A program made the position numbers and the translations under genes. The notes below the pieces were generated by a model. The model made no database searches. It saw only the letters and a list, made by a program, of their open reading frames with translations, and had not been told where the DNA came from. From contig JBLMZW010000188.1 in assembly GCA_050259035.1 (NCBI GenBank), positions 58,886 to 122,885 of the forward strand: 64,000 bases of DNA, given 5' to 3'. Below are positions 59,405 through 64,000 of this stretch, one piece after another. This stretch comes from Chitinophagales bacterium (GTDB taxonomy: Bacteria; Bacillota; Syntrophomonadia; Syntrophomonadales; DTU052). How positions within the stretch are numbered: the stretch's first letter is position 1; every line of letters begins with the position of its first letter.

Positions 59405-59998
59405 GTGTTGTTAGAAAATATATCAATAGGAGTGGTTCTCACCGGTTCACACTGTACAATTAGGGAGGTAATTCCGGAAATTAACAGGTTGAAAGACGAG
59501 GGTGCCAGAATAACGCCTGTCTTCTCCTATTCCGTGAATTATACTGATACTCGGTTTTATAATGTAGAATTTTTACGGGAAGAGATAACCAAGATAACGT
59601 CGGAGGAAATTATTACTACCATACCTGACGCTGAACCTATAGGACCAAAAAAACTTTTTGATATATTAATCGTCGCTCCTTGCACTGGAAACACTTTAGC
59701 TAAGCTGGCCAACGGTATAACTGATACTCCGGCGTTAATGGCAGTAAAGGCCCATTTACGCAATCAACGTCCGGTAGTAATTGCCGTTGCTACTAATGAT
59801 GGTCTGGGGATTAATGCTAGGAATTTAGGTTATTTATTAAATGCAAAGAACATTTATTTCGTTCCTTTCAGACAGGATAACCCGGAAGAAAAGGCCAATT
59901 CTCTGGTCGCAAAAATGGATTTACTTCTGGTAACGATTATTGAAGCTATGAAAGGTCGGCAAGTTCAGCCGGTCTTACTAGGTTCGGAAACCATCTAA
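59405..59998 (+). CDS. dpaB: Dipicolinate synthase subunit B (SpoVFB, flavoprotein-like)
   Basis: IGVVLTGSHCT ... APCTGNTLAKLANGITDTPALMA. It directly follows dpaA. Confidence 0.8.
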   Translation: MLLENISIGVVLTGSHCTIREVIPEINRLKDEGARITPVFSYSVNYTDTRFYNVEFLREEITKITSEEIITTIPDAEPIGPKKLFDILIVAPCTGNTLAKLANGITDTPALMAVKAHLRNQRPVVIAVATNDGLGINARNLGYLLNAKNIYFVPFRQDNPEEKANSLVAKMDLLLVTIIEAMKGRQVQPVLLGSETI

Positions 59999-60099
59999 AA
60001 GTAATCCTAATTTCATAAAACCGGCCTGCCTTCATCCTAATCGTTCCAACATATTAACTAAGTCTTATACTTTTCACGTATAATGAGACAATGATGCAT

Positions 60100-60127
60100 T
60101 TGTAAGGCTGACTTAATATGCTAAAAT
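60100..60127 (+). promoter_or_regulatory. Candidate sigma-A promoter for asd-dapA (TTGTAA-N16-TGcTAAAAT)
   Basis: The -35 is at 60100-60105 and the extended -10 is at 60119-60127, about 35 nt before the asd start. Confidence 0.4.
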
Positions 60128-60160
60128 ACTTTTTAGATTTATTTTCGGGAGGTTATTTAG

Positions 60161-61174
60161 TTGGCTGGAATAAACTTGGCAATTGTTGGAGCGACCGGTG
60201 CTGTGGGCAGGGAAATGCTAAAAGTTCTAGAAGAAAGGGAATTCCCAATCGGGAATTTACTTTGTCTGGCTGATCCGAGAGAAGCAGGGACCTGTGTTGA
60301 ATATAAGGGAGAAAAGGTAATTGTCGAAGCAGCAGAAGCTGCAAAATTTAGCAATATAGACATAGCTCTTTTCGCTGTAGCCAGCGAAATAAGTGAAGTT
60401 CTTGGAGTAGAAGCTGCTTCCAGAGGTGCGGTAGTAGTTGATAATAGTTTTGCTTTTCGCTTAAATAAAGAAGTTCCACTGGTAGTCCCCGAAGTAAATG
60501 ACTATGATATCGCCCTCCATAAAGGAATTATTGCCAATCCCAATTGTTCTACAATTATTATGGTAGTGGCAATCAATCCGATATACAAGGCGGCAGGATT
60601 AAAACGAGTAGTAGTATCGACTTATCAAGCTGTATCAGGAGCAGGAAAAGTAGCTATCGACGAATTGGATGAACAGGTAAAAGCATATGTAAAAGGAAAT
60701 GAAATAACAACCAGGGTATTTCAACATCAAATAGCATTCAATTTGATTCCGCATATTGATATATGGATAGATAATGGTTACACCAAAGAAGAAATGAAAA
60801 TGGTATGGGAAACCCGTAAAATTATGCACATTGACGGTCTGAGGATCAATCCGACCACTGTTCGCGTACCTGTATTCAGAAGCCATTCGGAATCTATTAA
60901 TCTTGAGACCGAAAGAGGATTATCAGTTGAAGAAGCCAGGAATATTCTATCTGCTGCACCGGGCGTAGTTGTTATGGATGAACCCGCAAATAACATTTAT
61001 CCTATGCCTCTGCTGTCGTCCAATCGAGATGAAGTTTTCGTAGGGCGTATTAGGGAAGATATCTCCCTTGAAAATGGTTTGAATCTTTGGGTAGCAGCGG
61101 ATCAAATCCGCAAAGGAGCGGCAACCAATGCTATTCAAATTGCTGAAATTCTAGTAAGAGACCACTTATATTAG
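60161..61174 (+). CDS. asd: Aspartate-semialdehyde dehydrogenase
   Basis: LAIVGATGAVG and the active-site motif NPNCSTI. TTG start with GGGAGG 7 nt upstream. Confidence 0.9.
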   Translation: MAGINLAIVGATGAVGREMLKVLEEREFPIGNLLCLADPREAGTCVEYKGEKVIVEAAEAAKFSNIDIALFAVASEISEVLGVEAASRGAVVVDNSFAFRLNKEVPLVVPEVNDYDIALHKGIIANPNCSTIIMVVAINPIYKAAGLKRVVVSTYQAVSGAGKVAIDELDEQVKAYVKGNEITTRVFQHQIAFNLIPHIDIWIDNGYTKEEMKMVWETRKIMHIDGLRINPTTVRVPVFRSHSESINLETERGLSVEEARNILSAAPGVVVMDEPANNIYPMPLLSSNRDEVFVGRIREDISLENGLNLWVAADQIRKGAATNAIQIAEILVRDHLY

Positions 61175-61209
61175 TGTAGGGCAAATACCAAAAGAAGGGT
61201 GATGATGGG

Positions 61210-62088
61210 ATGGAATTTCCGCGATTAATGACTGCTATGATAACACCATTTCAACAAAATCTAGAAATAGACTTTAAGAAAGCTCGCGAACTAGCTGCCA
61301 GTCTATTTAAGAATGACAGCGGAGGCATTGTTGTATGTGGCACCACCGGAGAATCACCGGCTTTGGACAATAAAGAAAAGTTAGATTTATTCACTGCCGT
61401 CTTAGAAGAAGTTGGGGGTAAAGCTCAGGTTTGGGCCGGAGTGGGTTCCAATTCTACTCAACACTCTATAGAACTTGCCCGGCAAGCAAGTGGCCTTGGG
61501 GTTGATGGATTAATGCTGGTAGCACCTTATTACAATAAACCAACCCAAGAAGGACTATATCAGCATTTCGCGGCGATAGCCGAAGCGGTTAAACTTCCAA
61601 TAATGCTTTATAACATACCTGGTCGTACAGGTGTAAATATGCTCCCGGAAACGGTTAATCGATTGGCCAACATTGATAATATTGTAGCTCTAAAGGAAGC
61701 CAGCGGAATTATGGACCAGATGTCTCATTTGAAGAATATCGTTCCTGATGATTTTATAATATATAGTGGAGACGACTCTTTAACTTTACCTCTAATGTCC
61801 TTAGGAGCACATGGCGTAGTAAGTATAGCCTCACATTTAGTTGGCCCTAGAATAAACAAGATGATTGAATCCTACATATCCGGTAGGATGGAAGAAGCAC
61901 GATTGATTCATGCGAGTTTATTCAATTTGTATCGATCTTTGTTTATTTTGACCAACCCAATTCCATTAAAGGAAGCAATGCGCCAACTGGGAAAAGACAG
62001 TGGAATATTACGACTCCCTCTTTGCGAACCGGGTGCAAAAGAAAGAATCGAGATTGAACAGGTTTTGAAAGAATACAATTTTTTATAA
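61210..62088 (+). CDS. dapA: 4-hydroxy-tetrahydrodipicolinate synthase
   Basis: CGTTGESPAL, YNIPGRTG, and the Schiff-base Lys context ALKEASG. Confidence 0.9.
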   Translation: MEFPRLMTAMITPFQQNLEIDFKKARELAASLFKNDSGGIVVCGTTGESPALDNKEKLDLFTAVLEEVGGKAQVWAGVGSNSTQHSIELARQASGLGVDGLMLVAPYYNKPTQEGLYQHFAAIAEAVKLPIMLYNIPGRTGVNMLPETVNRLANIDNIVALKEASGIMDQMSHLKNIVPDDFIIYSGDDSLTLPLMSLGAHGVVSIASHLVGPRINKMIESYISGRMEEARLIHASLFNLYRSLFILTNPIPLKEAMRQLGKDSGILRLPLCEPGAKERIEIEQVLKEYNFL

Positions 62089-62115
62089 AATAATGAAATA
62101 TTAAAAACTTCGTGC

Positions 62116-62160
62116 AGCAGGATTCCTGTATAGATTACCGGGAACCCTGCTATTTTATTA
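62116..62160 (+). terminator. Intrinsic terminator after dapA
   Basis: AGCAGGaTTCC-N14-GGAAcCCTGCT (one mismatch) followed by ATTTTATTATTATTTT. Confidence 0.5.
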
Positions 62161-62301
62161 TTATTTTCACATGAGGAATATTCTGGAGATCATCTTGTAC
62201 GAAGATGGTTCATTGTATATAATTTAATAGTCTTATACTGTTCGGATTCTAGGGTACTGGGTTTCATGGGCGGACGACTTTCGAAAGTTAGGAGGTGCTT
62301 A

Positions 62302-63966
62302 ATGGCAGAAACAGACAACAGAGTATTCGTGATTCCGCTTGGTGGCCAGGGTGAAATCGGGAAAAATATGATGGTCATCAGGTATCAGGATAGCATTATT
62401 GTAATTGATTCCGGTCTTATGTTCCCCGAAGAAGAACTTCTTGGAATAGACATTGTTATACCGGATATCACCTACCTCATGGAGAACAAGGATAAGGTAA
62501 AGGCTATCCTGTTAACACACGGTCACGAGGATCATGTAGGAGCTTTACCGTATTTATTGAAGGAAATAGATGCGCCCGTTTATGGAAGCCGCTTGACATT
62601 AGGATTGGTTGAAGCGAAACTGAAGGATTTTCAGCTCGGTAGAACTCGTCTTATACCGGTCAGACCCAGAGAAACAGTCAATATTGGGCCTTTCGATGTC
62701 GAGTTTATTCGGGTTAGCCACAGTATACCCGATGCTCTTGCCATCGCTATATACACTCCGGTTGGAGTAATACTGCATACTGGTGATATCAAACTTGACC
62801 AAACCACCGTGGACGGAGAACTGGTGGATTTTCGCAAGTTTGCTGAGCTAGGGGAAAAAGGCGTATTGGCTATGATGTCTGATAGTACCAACGCTGACCG
62901 ACCGGGTTATACGCAGTCAGAAAGAGTAGTCGGTGAAACCTTTGAGGAACTGTTTCGTAGATGTGAAGGGCGTATAATCGTAACTACGTTTGCTTCAAAT
63001 GTTCACCGTATACAACAGGCTATCACTACTGCTAATCGATATGGCAGAAAGGTAGCTATTGTTGGAAGGAGTATCGTTAATAATGTAACGATAGCTCGTG
63101 AATTGGGCTATATTAATATTCCTTCTGGTTGCTGGATAGAGGTTGAGGATATCAATAAATATCCACCTAACCAGTTGCTTATAGTTACCACTGGTAGTCA
63201 GGGTGAGCCTATGTCAGCGCTTACCAGGATGGCTATGTCTGATCACCGTTGGGTAGAGATTCAACAAGGGGATACTGTAGTTATTTCAGCAACACCGATA
63301 CCCGGAAACGAGAAACTTGTTGCCAGAACGGTTGACCTGCTGTTCCGACAAGGAGCGGAGGTAATTTACGAAAGAACAACCGGAGTTCATGTCTCAGGAC
63401 ATGCCAGCCAGGAAGAATTAAAAATACTATTAAATCTAGTTCGGCCCCGGTATTTTATACCGGTTCATGGTGAGTATCGTCACTTAATGAGACATGCCAA
63501 AATAGCGGAATCTCTTGGAATAATCCGTTCAAGGATATTTGTGGCTGAGAATGGGCAGGTTATAGAACTGGGCAAGAAGAAGGCTACTCTAGCCGGAAAA
63601 GTTACTGCCGGCAGGGTATTGGTTGACGGATTGGGTGTCGGCGACGTGGGCAATATTGTTTTACGTGACCGCAAACAGTTGTCACAGGACGGAATAATTA
63701 TTGTAGTCGTTACTATTAACAAGGATTCCTGTTCTGTTATAGCCGGGCCGGATATAGTATCACGAGGCTTTGTGTATGTACGGGAATCCGAGCAGTTAAT
63801 TGAGGAATCTAAAGAGAAAGTCCGTGATGCTCTCGCCATTTGCGCAGAACGTAAGATTACCGAATGGGCAACAATTAAGTCCCAGATACGTGATGTGCTT
63901 AGCAAGTATCTGTACGAGCAGACGCGAAGAAGACCTATGATAATGCCTATAATCATGGAAGTTTAG
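62302..63966 (+). CDS. rnj: Ribonuclease J
   Basis: AGGAGG precedes ATG 62302. It has the metallo-beta-lactamase motif LTHGHEDHVGA, a beta-CASP region, and an RNase J C-terminal domain. Confidence 0.9.
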   Translation: MAETDNRVFVIPLGGQGEIGKNMMVIRYQDSIIVIDSGLMFPEEELLGIDIVIPDITYLMENKDKVKAILLTHGHEDHVGALPYLLKEIDAPVYGSRLTLGLVEAKLKDFQLGRTRLIPVRPRETVNIGPFDVEFIRVSHSIPDALAIAIYTPVGVILHTGDIKLDQTTVDGELVDFRKFAELGEKGVLAMMSDSTNADRPGYTQSERVVGETFEELFRRCEGRIIVTTFASNVHRIQQAITTANRYGRKVAIVGRSIVNNVTIARELGYINIPSGCWIEVEDINKYPPNQLLIVTTGSQGEPMSALTRMAMSDHRWVEIQQGDTVVISATPIPGNEKLVARTVDLLFRQGAEVIYERTTGVHVSGHASQEELKILLNLVRPRYFIPVHGEYRHLMRHAKIAESLGIIRSRIFVAENGQVIELGKKKATLAGKVTAGRVLVDGLGVGDVGNIVLRDRKQLSQDGIIIVVVTINKDSCSVIAGPDIVSRGFVYVRESEQLIEESKEKVRDALAICAERKITEWATIKSQIRDVLSKYLYEQTRRRPMIMPIIMEV

Positions 63967-64000
63967 GTTATAAATAAAATTAAACTAAAATAGGAGGATG

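Noticed and set aside
59999-60160. Possible lysine riboswitch (L-box) or T-box upstream of asd-dapA.
   Set aside because: The spacer is only about 160 nt, it is AT-rich, and it lacks the conserved L-box/T-box core sequences. A plain promoter explains it.

Overview
The window is a 64-kb, AT-leaning chromosomal segment. Its gene content and order point to a motile, endospore-forming Firmicute of the Clostridia/Bacilli type; the exact taxon cannot be determined from the sequence alone. All confident genes but one lie on the + strand, and many are linked by start/stop overlaps.

**Block 1 (1-21954):** the distal part of a large fla/che operon. The order is flgD(partial)-flagellar operon protein-flgE-flbD-fliL-fliM-fliY-cheY-fliZ/O-fliP-fliQ-fliR-flhB-flhA-flhF-flhG-PilZ protein-cheB-cheA-cheW-cheC-cheD-sigD, followed by a DUF342/FapA-like gene and two small uncharacterised genes.

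**Block 2 (22096-52516):** the conserved housekeeping backbone, in three runs.
- rpsB-tsf-pyrH-frr-uppS-cdsA-(YtvI-like permease)-dxr-rseP-ispG-proS-mgtC-polC
- an about 4-kb non-syntenic insert: SIMPL protein, Cys-rich ferritin-like protein, a minus-strand amino-acid permease and a TPR protein
- rimP-nusA-ylxR-L7Ae-infB-rbfA-nrnA-truB-ribF-(small ORF)-rpsO-pnp

**Block 3 (52675-63966):** a sporulation/cell-wall and lysine/dipicolinate cluster: vanW-like, polysaccharide deacetylase, D-Ala-D-Ala carboxypeptidase, M16 peptidase, dut, ymxH, dapB, dpaA, dpaB, asd, dapA and RNase J.

I saw no rRNA, tRNA, CRISPR array, IS element or prophage.

**Most unusual observation:** the polC gene has every PolC hallmark but lacks the roughly 200-aa DEDD proofreading exonuclease domain that canonical PolC carries inside its PHP domain.

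**Secondary items:**
- an orphan toxin-like small ORF in an oversized ribF-rpsO spacer
- two uncharacterised genes after sigD, one a membrane-anchored HTH protein
- a PilZ gene with a possible sigma-28 promoter inside the fla/che operon
- a promoter plus terminator-like hairpin in the rimP-nusA leader
- a Cys-rich di-iron-type protein

I found no convincing multi-gene novel system (defence or otherwise).
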